DNA of 64,000 bases, from the NCBI GenBank assembly GCA_009602735.1, contig WELA01003305.1:728233-792232 (forward strand), written 5' to 3'. The position numbers and the translations under genes were made by a program. The number at the start of each line of letters is the position of its first letter. Position 1 is the first letter of the stretch. Positions 1 to 16,146 of the stretch are shown in pieces. A model generated the notes under the pieces. It did no database searches. It worked only from the letters and a program-made list of their open reading frames with translations, and was not told where the DNA came from. The stretch comes from Mesotaenium endlicherianum. Taxonomy: Eukaryota.

Positions 1-2
1 AG

Positions 3-3000
3 GTTCAGCCACCTGCTAAGTCGAAGCCGATGCCTCTCGGGCATGAGAGTATGAGCTCGTCCGGCATTGAAGCAACCGAAGATATTCCTCTCGGAAATGC
101 AAGGGTGAGGACAGGGGTGGACTTCTCCAGTCTTTTCTAGTCGTTGTTCAGTTCGCTATTTTTTAATGCTGAATGTGCTGCAGCAGGATGATGTGGTTAT
201 CATTGTAAGCTTGTCCTTTTGCAGGATTTGACTAAGAAGGAAAAGGAACTGAAGGCCAAGGAGGCTGCTTTGAAGAAGAAGGAAGAGGTAAAGCATGAAC
301 TCTTGCCTCAGAGAACTTTCCCCATGATGCCTGCCCTGGTCTGTGGAGGTGGAAGAGAGGTGAGGTGATAAATATTGAGGTTGCCCTATGGTGCTTTTTG
401 GTATGTGTTTCGCTGCAGGAGCTGAGGAAGCGAGAAGCGGGTACAAACAACTGAAGCCCTAGACCTGTCCTGAAGCCCTTATTGTACCTGCTTTCTAGAG
501 CTATGCTGAACCCCTAATCACACCTGCTTTTCATTACTACATTGTGGAGTACCTCAAATTTCATGTCTTTGTTGTCCTCTCCTACTCGAGCGCTGAGGGG
601 AGGTTGGACTTTTTAATTAAGATGTATGTAAGGAACCAGATGAGATTGCAAGGATTGAATAGTCTATCAGAAACGGGGCTGACAAGTGGACCATCTTTTA
701 TCTTGTGCAGCTGTTGGAATGGACCACAAGAATTGGCCTCCTTTCTTCCCAATTTTGCATCATGACATTGCCAATGATATACCTCCACACTTGCAAGCAA
801 TCCAGCGTGCTGCTTATTATAGCTGGCTGGGTACGGTACCTACTCCGTGCATTCTGTCACTACTTTTGAGCTGGTGTTGAAAATGTAGCTATGACACTGC
901 TGCCTGTCTAGCTTAGGGCGTCTTCTTTCATACTTGCGTGCTAAGCCAATCTCATAACTTTGTTGGTTTGTCTACTTTCAGGTATCATCTGGTGCCTCTT
1001 CTACAACATTGTTGGAGTTACTGCAGCATGGGTTGGAAATGCTGTGAGTGGAACTAAAGGTGAGGAGTAAATATTTGCGCATGCAGTCCATGTTGACTGT
1101 CTGCATACTGGTGCAAGCAGTAGACGGTTTAACCTTCTTCCATGCTCTATGCGGAGATCTGTATTGCCTTATTGGAGGGTGTTCGATGCCGTATGTTAAG
1201 AGGGCGCTTCGTTGGATGTAGTCCGCTTTTTGTCTTTGTTGTTTATGGATGACTTGAATCTTTGACTTTGGAATGCGCGTATGATGCCTCAGGTTTCGGG
1301 AACTTCTTCCTGGCACTCGCATACGCAATCCTTGGTTGGCCTTTATCGTACTGGCTGTGGTACAGGCGCCTTTACAATGCAATGAGGTGGGTAAAAACCC
1401 ATGCCTTAGTTAGCTTCTCTTCCATTTTGCATACAAACTGGTCTTGCAATGTACTTGTAAGTGTTTACATGTGACTTGACAAATGACGACGGTTACACAG
1501 TCTGCTTCTGCTGTGCTTTAGATAGGTGCTTCTGGTGTCCCTCCGTCAGAAATTACATTGTCGCTGGTGCTTCTTGTACCAGCTAATTATGTTCTTGCTC
1601 ACAGGTTTTTATTCCTTGTTCTTTTTGCGCAGGAAGGATAGCGCTTTTACATTCGCCTTCTTCTTCATTTTCTACCTGGTATGCATCCGCACTAAGATTA
1701 CATGTTCTTGATGATCAACGCCTTTGACAAGCCAACTTGGGCAGCTAGACTTAGCAGCTCTTTGCACTATATTCTCGATTATCGCGAGTTTACAGAGCAG
1801 GGAGTTTTGACAATGTACTACTCAAATTGAGTACGTGGAGAAATTATGGACGTGTCAAGGGCGCCTGCGGTGGTTCTTTTTGCTGTGGTCGCAGATTCAC
1901 ATTGCCTACTGCATCTTTGCCTCCGTGGCCCCACCCTTCCTCTTCAAGGGCAAGTCGTTGACGTAAGTTGGTCTTGGTTTCTACCTAGTGTCCTACAAAG
2001 TTGGTAGTTCGGTTAGCGGTTTGCTCATGTTGGGTACATGCTCACCCATGTGATAGGTTCCTGTCATTGTTTCATACTGTATTTTGGATTTATGACTCAA
2101 GAACCAGTCATTACTACAACTGCTGTACATCAGTTTTCTGCAGTTCAAGGCAAATGTTAGAAGTTGAAAATTACGCGTTAGGGCATCCTTCTTCGCCTTG
2201 TTACATGTGCGCTGGTTTATTTTTCACAGGGTTTAGGAAAGGTGTCTGGGCTTTATGTAGAGGTCAAGTTTGCTGACGCTTTTGAATGTGTTTTCTACAA
2301 CAGCGGTGTCTATGCAACAATCCAGATCTTCGGCGATGGAAAGACCGCGATCGGGGTACAGTCTTTTAGCCATATTGGGAGGCTAGTTCATCTATATCTT
2401 CATTGAATGTTTCTTCGAGGGCTGTCTCTTCCATTGTTAGCATCATATTGTTGTTCTGCGAGTAAAAGAACCATCGTTTTGACTTTTGAGCAGATAATAT
2501 TCGCCATCGGGGCAGGCTTCTTCATCCTGGAATCGCTTCTCAGCATCTTCGTGCTTCAGGTATTGTCGTTTCAAATGTGGACTAGAAGGAAAATTAGCAG
2601 GCTTGTGCGGGGGAGGGCAATCACAGAAGAGATACCGCGGTGGCCTCCAGTTTGCATGCAGCTTCAGGACATCTTGCAGACACAGGCGTGTTGTTGGGTG
2701 CTCTCCAGCACCACAGCTGTTATTGTAGTTGAAGCTTATAGTGTTCTGAGTAGTAGTGTGACATTGGCAGAGCGAAGGGGGGGTGCGAGGAGGTCTTGGG
2801 ACGCACACATCAGAGCACGGGCTCTTGGACAAGGAGACTGTGAAAGTCGAAGGAGCCAGATTGTCTTTGCGGTTTTGGCTAATTAGGGGTGGGTCTTGTT
2901 AAGACTCTGGTATGAAGGTGGAAACAAGTATGAAGGGGGACGGGTATAAGGACAGGGTAAGCAGAAGCCTGTTGGCAAATATTGTTTTGGTAGTGTATCT

Positions 3001-3392
3001 TCACGTGTCACTTTGTTTGCATGCTTGGGCGGCAGTGGGCATGTGACCTGTATGAAAATGGGGCAAGTGGGCTTGATGTGGCTTGCATTATTGAGCTAAG
3101 AGAACTGAAGTTGGTGTAGGCTACTCTATGTCCTCATCTGTGCAGGATAATAACTAACCGTGTATTTGGTGGTCGTTGGTGGTTAGTTACTATTTTTTGT
3201 GTTTAGATGCTGTGGACAGTCAGTGTATTAGACATTGATGTGCAATAGTGACTTGGATTGGATATGGACCACTGATTCTGACTGATTGGTTCTTCTTGGC
3301 TTGCTCTGCAGCAAGTGTACGCCTACTTCAGGGGAACTGGCAAGGCATCTGCAATGAAGAGGGAGGCTGCCATGTCTACGCTTCGCGTGTAA
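3..3392 (+). CDS. SCAMP: Secretory carrier-associated membrane protein (SCAMP), 5'-truncated by the window edge
   Basis: GT-AG exons with consistent phases: 3-104, 225-287, 419-440, 711-830, 982-1059, 1293-1386, 1633-1678, 1895-1962, 2304-2355, 2494-2559, 3312-3392 (TAA). The splice product has plant SCAMP motifs: coiled coil [30 protein letters not shown]-peptide region [29 protein letters not shown] and C-terminal [20 protein letters not shown]. Confidence 0.95.
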
Positions 3393-4442
3393 TTGAGAGG
3401 ACAGGTTGAAGGACCATGTTGCTGTACATCGTCATCATGTTGTATTGTGCCTTGCATATCCTCAAAGGAAGTTAGTGTAAGCTTTATTTAGGTAGGCATT
3501 TCTACTTAGCATCTGCTCATTCAAACTAGGAACTTGTGCCATGTCGTTCTCCCGTCAAATGAGAAAACTTTGAAATGATGTGATTTCAGTTGATATTTTA
3601 AGTTCATCCAATGGTAGTTGTCTAGTGTATTTGCCAGTCATTGTCTATGTGGAAGAGTTCCCAAATAATGATGTTTTATGGCACGCTGAAAATAAACTTG
3701 GGAGTATATCGTGTGTTAAATTCTGTGCAAGTAGATTTCTTGCTAGGCTTTTGAAACTCCTTATTTTGAAGGTTGTCTTGGTCTTCTATACGGATAAAGT
3801 GGAGGGTCATACTGCTATATAACACGGTTAATTCCTTGTCTTCTACTCCTTATGTAGTTCAGATTCTCCTAGTAGTCTTCTGCTGGCCGCAGTGCTACTT
3901 GATCCTCATACCCCATCTTTTATTTTCAATCCCTCTTTTTTCCGATGGTTATGCAGTCCAAAATCTCTAAAAGTTTCCTACATATATAAGCTCCCATATA
4001 CGCTTTGTTTCCTGGTGTATACGCAGAACATGTGGTCAGGCCCCTAGACACAGAGTATACTCTTGCACGAGGGAAATCCGGGGAAAACAAAAACGTTTGG
4101 AATGATGAATCGCAAGGTGGTCGGTGCCAGGGTCGCGCGGGGTGTTGTTGTTGGTTATGTCGTGGTCGTCAACTTGGCAAAAAATGGCAGACGTAGAAAC
4201 ATAATATTGCTTTCCCAAGTTCCCGAGGTGGGGTGGGGATTTGATAGCAGTACATGATGGCATGTGGGGACTTGATAGCATCTGCGTCTAACTCGAGTAT
4301 GTGCTACAGGGAAAGACCCGCATAATATTGTTACTTGCGGAGGTCCTTGCGTCAACCGTCGATATCGGTGAAGTCGATCCGTCCGTTTCAAACGTCACTT
4401 TTTTTCTGAGGGGAGCGGCAGGAAGCAGGCGGGTGCAAGGGA

Positions 4443-4510
4443 TTAGGGTTGGGGTGAGCATGAGAGTGGCCCTTTTCGTGTAAGGTCATTCCTGTTGCTC
4501 TTCTTCTTCA
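4443..4510 (+). promoter_or_regulatory. Possible telo-box-like motif (TTAGGGTT) and pyrimidine-rich 5' leader of RPS18
   Basis: TTAGGGTT at 4443-4450 and a CT-rich tract at about 4490-4510 lie just upstream of the ATG. Telo-boxes are known in plant ribosomal-protein promoters, but this short match could be chance. Confidence 0.3.
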
Positions 4511-4535
4511 AGCACAGGCGACAAAGCCGGCAGCC

Positions 4536-6348
<1,813 letters not shown>

Positions 6349-9136
6349 ATTTCTCAATCTGGAGGTGTGTTCATTTCGGGCAAGGAACTAGTTCCACTTG
6401 AGCTGAGGCCTTCTTCCCTTTCCTTACTGTTCAGTTCATGAAGGACACCAGATGTGATGTCTGCTGCCATGTGAACTTGGATGACCCTAAGTTGATATTT
6501 GAATATCTGCAATATTCTAAACTTCCACCATCCTCCCCATGCCCATAATTCCTGGCAAAAGGCTTTGCTTCCCGAGGGATACTTACCTTTATTAACATCC
6601 TTTCAAGTAGATGCTCACTCTGGTTCTGTAGTCATTGCTCTGCTGTCTGTTTCAAGATCCTATTTTGGGAGAAAGAGCATTAAGGTACTCAACTTGGGCG
6701 GGGTGAGGACCTTCATCCGGTCGAACTTTTATGGCCTAAGCGTTTTGGGAAGAGGATACGGGACTTTACTCATTAATGAGGTTCTTTATCTAGACAGACA
6801 GGTTTGGGTTCCACTGTTTAGGCTTACTTGCGAATACTGCTCTGGTGGTCGCCTGCATAGCAATAAGTTTTTGAACAGGTAAAGGTTACCTTGCAGTCGA
6901 TGTCAGCAATGCACTCCATGTCATATGGCAATATCGACACCCTCTGCACACATTTACCCTAAGTTCCTGGGAATTGAGATTAGTCATTAGTAATATTGCC
7001 GCTCACTGTTTGCACTATGCTGCAACTGTGCAGGTACAGGTGTTCTGGATTTGATGATGATGTGCTGGACTCATTTGGCAGGCACTCTGTCCATCTTCTG
7101 GGGGTGGCATGGCTGTTAACGGCGCCCAATGCGAGTTCTGAAGTAAGCCTGGACTCTGGTCTTTGCTTGCACTTATATGGTTGTGCCAGCAGGGCGCGTT
7201 GTAGTAGAAAGTCAGTATTGGCTCATGTACTTATTATAGAGGCATGGCCTCGGGCTTTCACTGCAAAAACACACGTGCTTACAATGGGTGAAGTGTTCAC
7301 TACTTTTATTCTCGATGGACATGTCTGGTGGTGGGGGGTGTATCATTCTTGGTGGTATGAAAGAATACGCTGATTCAACGAATGGCGCCAACTTAAGCAT
7401 CATAAATTGCAGGGATTACTATGTTCACGGTGTCAGACGTGTCACATCTGAACTGGGCATTTTTTGCCTTTAAATTCCGAAAGAATCAGCAGGGCAGGTG
7501 GAATCGCTTGCCAGTTTTGGTCTCTTGAAATGTGTATCGATCTTATATATATTTCGTAGGCTTGTGGAGCCTTTTTATTAAGGAATTGACTGGTCGATTT
7601 GAACCTTATCTCCGATATGGTTGTTGCCCAATAGTGGACAGCATTGCCATGAAGAGCATATTGTTGCCCACTTGTCCCATCCCACTTATTCAAGTTGGCA
7701 TTAGTCTTTATTTGCTAATTGATTAGAGGTGTCTTCCAGGTTGCTGCTCCCTTTTAAAAGGTTGCTGCTCCCTCTCTGGCAGCCTTACCATTGCATAAGA
7801 ACCTTCTACTATTGAAACACGAATTATGGGCATACACCGTCAATGAAGTGTATGAATGCTATCAAGAGCATGGTAGCCAGCTATTGCACCAAATTATGAT
7901 GATTCACAATCCTACATGCTTTTCTCCAAAGTCAATGGCACAAGTGGTACTCCTGAGAGGTACTTCAGAGTTTTTCGCCCAGTTAATTGTCCACAAAGTT
8001 GATGATGGTCCTGTCAATCTTGGGCTGACCATGTTTCACTTAAAACAGTTAAAGCCATTACTGAACCATAACTGCCTCTACTCTTGAAAGTGAGCTGTCA
8101 CTTGATTGAGCCCAATAACATTTGAAGTAGTCAGCTTTGCTTCCCAAATAGAGGTTTCTGGGGTCGAAAACAAAATCTTTACAGTTTCAAACAATACTTA
8201 AAACGTGTACCACAAGCAGAGGTTAAGCAGTGCAGGTTGCTGAATTGAAGAAGCTCTTCAGTCTGACACAGTAAAACGGACTGCAAACTCGTCTACGTTA
8301 ATGACCAACCGCAGCCTGAATCCTCTAGATTTGCCTCATGCTTATCCAGCACATAAGGTGCGGACATCCACTATATATGCTGCAGAATCATAACAAGCCA
8401 TTACTGCATCAACGTCTTACATCAGCTGCATAGCACCAGACACCAGATCAATATATTTGTAAAATCACCAACTTTGACCCAGTAAGATGAATTGCAAGAT
8501 AAACCTAAGATGAACACTAAGAAGAGTCGATGCTTGCAAAGTATGCAGGCAGATCTACAAATCGAAAAAGCATTGCAATTCCTACTGCACTCAGGGTTCA
8601 CAGTACCCTGGCATGTGCACTTCACAGCCATTTTGGATGTGGGACATCCTGGAATGCGAATTCGTGAGAGACCAATTTCCACTTACGCTCTGTATACTTC
8701 GTTACACATGCTAAACCTTACATATTATATACAACTTACTTGAGCAAAGAATGTTTAATACTTCATATGTACAATTTTGATTGTCTTTGGGATCAAAGAC
8801 AATAATTGATAGTCTATGGGAAAGAAAAACTAAGCTATTCTGGGTCAAAGATTGATACTGAATGTCGTTGTAGCGTAGAAAGGCTGATGGCAATTACTAT
8901 AATATTTTCACATAGACAAGAACCCTTTCAGCTAGACTTGCATACCGAGAGGGTACTCGATGCTAAGACTGTTGCAGCTATATCTGCAATCTGCCAAAAT
9001 GATACAGAAAATTCACGTCCACATCTAACCTCACAAGCAGCGATAGGATGTAGTCACTTCAGCTCTACAATAATCACATACATGAAATGTTGCCGAGTGA
9101 ATGTCAATCTACAAAAGTATAGTGGCACCTTAGAAT

Positions 9137-12100
9137 CTAACGAAGCCTCATACCTCGAGGCCCTCTCTTGGAGCCCCTCTTTCCAGGAGTTGGGGAGCTA
9201 CTACCACAGCCAGAAAACTCCTCGTCAAAGTCTTCGCCAGGGAGTCGACGAATCGGGAAGCTCAGGCTCGAGGCAGAGAACTCGGCCATGGCATCCTTAT
9301 CTGGCACATGCCCTGTACACATTGGTACGAGCTTGGTTAAGGTTTGCATCACGATCAGGAGCCTGGTGAACAGAGGAAGACGTGGCCAGAAATCTCTGTC
9401 CAAATTCAAGAATCACTTGCTAGATGCAACGCACTTGCGGTACAATTGAGCTGCCTCAGAGTTACCACCAGTTACCCCTACAGAGAAGCAGTACTTTGGA
9501 TAGAGAATAAATTGCAGCCCGGTATTGCCGTCGTCATCACCTGCTGCTCTACTGTGATGGCCAACCATATCTGAAGTCTCGACAAGGATGCATCGTGACA
9601 AGTGTCACATCAGTGCAACCTCAAGACTTTGGGTCGTTTAGGTCATTTAAATCAATCCTCGTAACAATCAGACGACAAACACACAGGAGAGAGAAGGCAC
9701 GTACCGAGCTTAGTGGCCCAGCTGTAAGTGCGGTCGTTGTCGACGGCAGAGGAAGGGCTGAGACTGCCCGCGCCTCCATTCATCATGGACAGCGCGGAGG
9801 GGCCGCCTGCCGTTAAATCGAGGTCCTTCTCCAGGCGGCCGCTGCCACAGCTGTCGTACAGCTTGCGCTCAATAACGACATTGTACGTGTCGTCTCGGGT
9901 GCGCACCTGGCAGCCAACGGTACGATGTTATCTCATGTCCACATAGAGGAGTGGACGGTAGAGCAAGGCTGGCAACCATACCTGCAAGATTTAAGTAGCA
10001 ACAGTTGAGAATGGAGATGGAATGGCCTACAAGGAACCACAACAGTGCGCTTGACAACCACATGATATAAATTAACGAGGAAAAGATCGTGGCATTTCAA
10101 AATGGGGGTGGAAATAGGGTTGCACATGAAAGCATCTGCTGCAACAAGTTAATCTTATAACCAACCTCAGCTTATAAGACCAACATTACTACATGCGAAG
10201 AAAATATGAAGTCCGATATCAACTCACACGTCCTCATCAATACAAACATTGAGCGCATGCTAGCGTGCAGACCTCCTTGCAGTTTAGTGTAATATATCTG
10301 CAGCTTAGGTACTAGATCATGGGCCCTCCACTTCGGCACCTCAATAAACAGGTCTGCCGTGAGCATTAGGGACATGGCGATGTACCTCAACATACGGCCT
10401 TTTGCCGTGTAGCAACGCGTCCACACTTCTGTCAGTCTGCATGCAGCGGGTGAAAACCTCTACCATGTCAGGCTCTACACACAAAAACAACTTCACACTC
10501 ATCACAGCTCACCTTGTAGCAGCAAAAGGCCAGAGTGAACTTTACAGAGAGATATAAACATGAGAGATTAAGTCCTGTTTGCTGTCTTTGGGACACACAC
10601 GCAAGAGTCATGTTGATACCCATAATCGAGCAAGCACAGAAATTAAGCAAAGCAGAACAGCAAGCAACGGATGGGGGCTGAGTTTACCGTGTGATCTGAC
10701 TCCACAGCACAAACATCAGGTCGCAGTCACTACTGCAGCCTATGCCACCAGAGGTGTGCAACGTTCCAGACACCTACTTGAGCAAGTCAGAAGTACGTTG
10801 AGCATCCTAAAGCTAGAGCACAACGAGTCTGCAGCTGCAGCACCCGGATGAGCTGGCACACACCTGGTGAGCCACCCAGTAGCTGCGCTCCCTCATCTCC
10901 ACCAGCAGAGGGAAAGTGGGCGGCGCCTTGCGCTCCAGCACACTCTTCTGGGTGCCACGTGCCCTGGCCTCGTCATCCCCCAGCGTCACAGTCTGAACGC
11001 CTCCCACCTGATAATACCACACAGGCACGAATGACACGTCAACTATGCTCACTTACACCTGTTCAAGTGATATGATCCAACTGCTCGATCAACTGACTTC
11101 TCCTGACTTCCCTCAGAACGGGACTTCCCGTCTTCCAACACATGGAATGAAGAGCCTACTCTGTTCTTGCTGCAACAAACTTTCCCTACTTCCCTACTTT
11201 CCCTGCTATCCCTGCTCCATCTCAAACTTTCCCTGCTCCATCTCACACTCTCTCTCTCTCAGCTGCTCTTACGTCCGAGCACGTCCACTCGATCCGGGCT
11301 TACCAGGTCGCAGAGAGTGGGGTTCTTGATGAGATTCTCAAGCATCTGGCCGTGGGCAGTGCCGACAAGTGTCACCCCCCGCTCGGCGATGGTCCTGCAG
11401 GCCTGAGCTTCAGCCTCTGTGCCGATCTCATCTACAATGACGACTTCAGGCATGTGGTTCTCCACAGCCTCCACCATGATCTTGTGCTGGAGGGCAGGGT
11501 CCGGAACTTGCATGCGCCTGGCACCTCCTATGGCGGGATGTGGAATGTCACCATCTCCGCCGATCTCATTACTTGTATCTACAATGACCTGATCACCAAC
11601 CGCAGGGTACATGTTAGCATGTGTCGCAGTCATGTCTCCTCGCCGTGCATTGATGACGCATCTGTTCTGCGCGAGACACGAGGACCGGGTCTGCATTCTT
11701 GCGCACACTGCCAGCTTTGCCCATCATTGCCGTTAAAAAGATTGCATCAGGGTAGGGTAAGAAGCTGAGCTGTGAGCGAGGCTGACGACCATGATATGAG
11801 AAGCAGTTGTCAAAGGTCGCACTCCTAGCACCCTCCTCCACGTGGGAGTGTGTGTCTATAAGCCAATACAGGACGCCCAAATTACTCCTCTACAGGACCA
11901 CTGGGCTTATTTTGAGTTGGTAGTGAGATGCCCGCATGCGATCACGTACCACACGCTTGTGCATGTCGTCAGCAAGGACTCTGGCTATCTCCCGGATTAC
12001 AGTAGTCTTCCCAACACCAGGCCTGCACGTATGACGACCCTACGAACAATGAGCCAGCTTGCACAACATTGGAAGATCCTTGATGCCCAGGTCACCAATT

Positions 12101-13920
12101 TTCACGTGAGGGAGACTGCTGCAGGCGCTATCTAGTTCATTGGATAAAAGTGACAAGTAGAAAGGACTTCACTGTGGAACTATTCTTCACACAGGAGATG
12201 TCTGGTACACTTTCAGTCGGCAAAAAAAGCAGCAAGTTGAACATGAAGCAGGACAGGATCGGCCACAAGAAACACACCTTCCCAAGAACAGGAGGCTCTG
12301 GCCGAGGTCGAGCACGTCTCTAATCATATCTACATGGCCTGTGATTGCCCTCCCCACTCGGCACGTCAGGCCCACAATGTTACTCTTTCTGTTGCGAATC
12401 GCTGAGATGCGATGCAATGTTCCCTCTACACCAGCTCTATTGTCCCCTCCAAATTCGCCCAAAGCCTCCTGGGCTGCCTCCAAGTCTTCCCTGGAGATCT
12501 GCTTGGAGTAAACAGAAATGAGATTGAGATCAGAAAGTGGCAAGTGGAACAGGACTGAAAGAATCGAGACGCACACCTCCATAAATAGCATGAACGAGTT
12601 CCTTGTGCAACAAGGGTTGAAATACGTGCACACTACAACTGTTGAAAGTTGTCCTGAGGGCGACAAGACCAGACTGTATTTGGCAAAGTTGGTTCTTAAC
12701 TGTCTCTCAGAAGCATGCAGTGGAGGTCCTACTTGCAGATACAGAATATTTGCATGCCTCACCTCAGCATCCCGAAGATACTCCCCATCTCCATCACCCA
12801 AAAAGCGAGCTTCTGGTCTTCTTCCCAGGTCCAAAATCACCTGCAATACCAGTCACGTATCGAGTAGATACTTTAGAGCGTAGTTATCATGATAGAGAAA
12901 ACAACTGCTACTCTGGTCTTATGCCCCACACGCATGATCCATCCAGTAAAACTTATGACCTTTCTTCCAAACTTCACCACTCCTCAAGGTTTGTCGATTG
13001 CCGTGTCACAATAGCTGACAAACCCTCTGGTGTTCTCACCTCCAGCAATTCTGATCGTCTTTCATGTCGCAAAAGCTTCTCCCTCATGTCTTTTGGCAAG
13101 CACTGCGCAAGATGTAAACAATTCAGAATCAGACATCCACTTGCCAGGACAAGGACGTGGCAGGAAGACAAGGTATTTGTGGAAAAAGTTTGATATAAGT
13201 GGTCCCAATTTACTAGACATCATACTACGTGCTTTAAGCTTCTTCAAACCAATCTATTGGTATAGAAGGTAACACAGCCTAGATGTAACTAGTGAGCGGA
13301 CCACTACGTGTGCCACTCGAAATATTAATGAAGTCATATCCCAAAATATGTGGTCCTCCAAGTCCACTATGCATCTTCGCTGATAGTAGTGCACCACACT
13401 CACTTCAGGCCACTGCGGAGCTGTCACTTTGCAGATTGTTGACCCTCACCTGCAGCAACTTGTCAAGGTCGTCACGCACGATGACTGGCCCTTCCTCGAC
13501 ACCATGACGTTCTCCAGTGCCACTAACGAGAACCGGAGGCTGCTCTCCAACCTCTAGGAGGACAGTCTTTGGATGACGGACGGTAAGACCACTACCAACT
13601 TCGGTCTCATGTTCGCCTACTGTGTCTGATGTGGCAGAGCAAAAAAATCTCTTATTCCTAGCAATATTCACAGAAAGCTGCTGACCTTTGCAGAGCTTTC
13701 CGAGAGAAGATATTGAACCAAGTAAAGTGTGATGGGTTGTTCCTGAGATGTTAAGTCGGCAGATTGGCCCATTAAAGTTTGACTTTAATAGGGATGATTG
13801 CTGGGTTGCACTACTGCTGCAATCTAAAGTTTTCACAACCGAAAGGCGTGATTGTACAGTTGCCATGTTACCAATGGAGGAGTGTGCCATCCAAAGGCAT
13901 GTTTGCAGACCTGTGGCCAT
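9137..13920 (-). CDS. ycf45: ycf45-like / SpoIIIAA-related AAA+ ATPase, nucleus-encoded, with a probable plastid transit peptide
   Basis: Minus-strand exons 13920-13450, 13102-13040, 12840-12763, 12498-12278, 12022-11950, 11588-11304, 11007-10864, 10436-10386, 9906-9705 and probably 9312-9137. Motifs: [33 protein letters not shown], Walker [31 protein letters not shown], Walker [23 protein letters not shown]. The N-terminus is S/T-rich. The last exon is less certain. Confidence 0.9.
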
Positions 13921-15551
13921 GATTCAAACAACTTCTTCTGAACCAACAATGCGTTCTTATAGGTGTCTTAAATTATGCAAGGCACTGCAGGACAGATCCC
14001 TCAACGTCAAGCGCCACAGTTCAGATCGAGTGAGTCATCTATGAATCTACCTATCAAGAAGATAATGTCAACCATACGTTAATGTCTATGCTGCTAAAGG
14101 AACTTAGTGAACCAACTTCATGTAATTTGAACTTTCATCTTACGCACAACTCCTCGTAATACTTTAAAGCTCACGCAAGGGAACGCGTGTGTAGCAGGGA
14201 AACTGGGGAAAGAATCAGAATATACTCGGGCATGCTGGCAAAATGGATTATATCGTACTATAATATAGGCGCGAACGCAGGTGCCAGATGGAGCAACACG
14301 AGGAAAGTAGACCAAAACTTCGTTCCACACAGTGTGGAAAGCTGATGCAATAGATCGCGACGAAGGCGTGGACTCACACGAGATCCGCCTTCGTCTGTTC
14401 ACCTCAGAACTTGATTATTGTGATTTTCGTGCAATTTCGTGTGTTCCTGGCGAATCAAAGTATATACGTCAGGGTCAGCGACTTTTAGAGTCAACCTGCA
14501 TGAGATACAACGGAATTATCAACTGTTTCTCTCAGTTTCTCTTCTCTTACAGTAAAAGAAAATAGGTTTTCGTCACTAGCATGCAGTAAATTATACACGA
14601 CATCATCGTTAAGGGTTTCTTATTGTGGAATTTTAACAGTGACTCAAGTCAAGTTAGCAGGAACGAGCAAGTGGCAGCAGGTGACGGGTATCCATCCTGA
14701 GCCATCCAAGCTGATCCAAGCAGCAGACCAGCAGCGACTGGAAGCGACCAGCAGCAATCACGAATAAGAACACGTGATTGGGACGCCAGCCTGAAAGCAA
14801 TGACCAAAATCCAATAGCAAGTCTCCTTGACGCTCTCGACAGCCTCTGACTGCCATGTGGACTTTATCAAAAGAAGCAATTGAATTGCAGAAATTTGACC
14901 CCACTTCAAAAAGCCCTGTCGTACACGTTCGTGCACAATGTGGCGGGCCTGCTTTTCAAAGTTTACCACGCAATGGCATGCGCTGTGCAAAATGATGCCC
15001 AAAAAGAAAAAAAAGCAAAGCAGTGCAAGGCGAGGTGGTGCAAAACTCAAAAAGTTAAAATACTGCTTCAAAGATGTGGATAAAAGTACAAAAAGAATTG
15101 AACGGTCGAACAAATGCTTTATAATTTTGAAAAGGCTCCTTATTTTTATGGCCTCTAATAATTTGTGCTTTTGATGTCTAATCCTAATGCATTTGGGTTC
15201 CTTACGTTCGTTGCTTTCTTTGATAGTTTGCCTTTCTTCTTCTCCCAAATTTCTAAATTTTTTATTTTGGAAATTGTCATTATTTTATGTTGTAAATTGG
15301 AGCAATTTGTAAATAAAAATATTTGCCTCATTTTGTCGCCTCTTTGATATTTCACTCTATATGTATTGCGCGGTCAAGTAGCTTGATAGCAAGGCAGGTT
15401 GGCACTTTGATATTGCAATCATGTTGCTATTTTGGTCGGGCACGGCTTCAAAGTTTCTTTGAAATTTTTGCTATCTTTTTGTCGTCTATTTCATTTGTCA
15501 CTCTAGATGCTCTGAGCAACCAAGTAGCTTGTTACACTCCAAATTTTTTCC

Positions 15552-16146
15552 CCTAGTTATGGGATTTGCACGTATTGGTCATTTGGCGGCGTATAACGCG
15601 GCATATTTCGTCGTATTTGCAAAATACGTATAATAGGCGGGTTAATAAATTGAGTAGATAGAGCCAAGTTGCTTCGCTCCGCTTTATTCGACTTAAACCA
15701 CTTCAAAAAAAAAATCGCTTCAATATTCATTCCGGGCACATACGGGTTCGTCAACTAAACCGGTGACGGCGGACAGACTCGGCCAAAAAGTCGCGTTTGC
15801 CATTTAACAAGATCGACAACTACTTGTGCCCCCGCTCACTAGATGCTCAGCAGATGGCTCCCAACCACTCCCGAGCACTCCCGACGCCACCCGACCAATC
15901 CTGACCACTCCCGTCAGTGCCCGTCAGCCACTTTTCGCTTAATCAGCGACGACTTGACGCGTTTTTGTTATTTGTTCGGTCAGTTTTTCAGAATCGACGT
16001 TTTTTGGCTTTCCACACGTGCGGTCAGTTTATATGTCGTTTTTTCAGCCGACACACGTATTTAGCTCGTAATACGGCAACGATCGACGTAATACGTGTGT
16101 ACGACCGCGTATTACGTACACAACAAATACGTTTACCATAACTAGG
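15552..16146. mobile_element. MITE / non-autonomous hAT-like element (595 bp)
   Basis: 11-bp TIRs CCTAGTTATGG (15552) and CCATAACTAGG (ends 16146). Subterminal regions carry repeated CGTA/TACG motifs. The 8-bp flanks TTTTTTCC and TGTTTTTC match at 6/8. The CCTAGTT termini match those of the hAT at 21178. Confidence 0.65.

Noticed and set aside
7050..7142. TGATGA..CTGA pair downstream of RPS18 as a snoRNA
   Set aside because: Only about 7 nt of possible rRNA complementarity and no terminal stem; consistent with chance.
14620..15540. A-rich then T-rich segment with ORFs up to 199 aa; possible solo LTR
   Set aside because: The ORFs are low-complexity with no motifs, and no matching termini or TSD were found.
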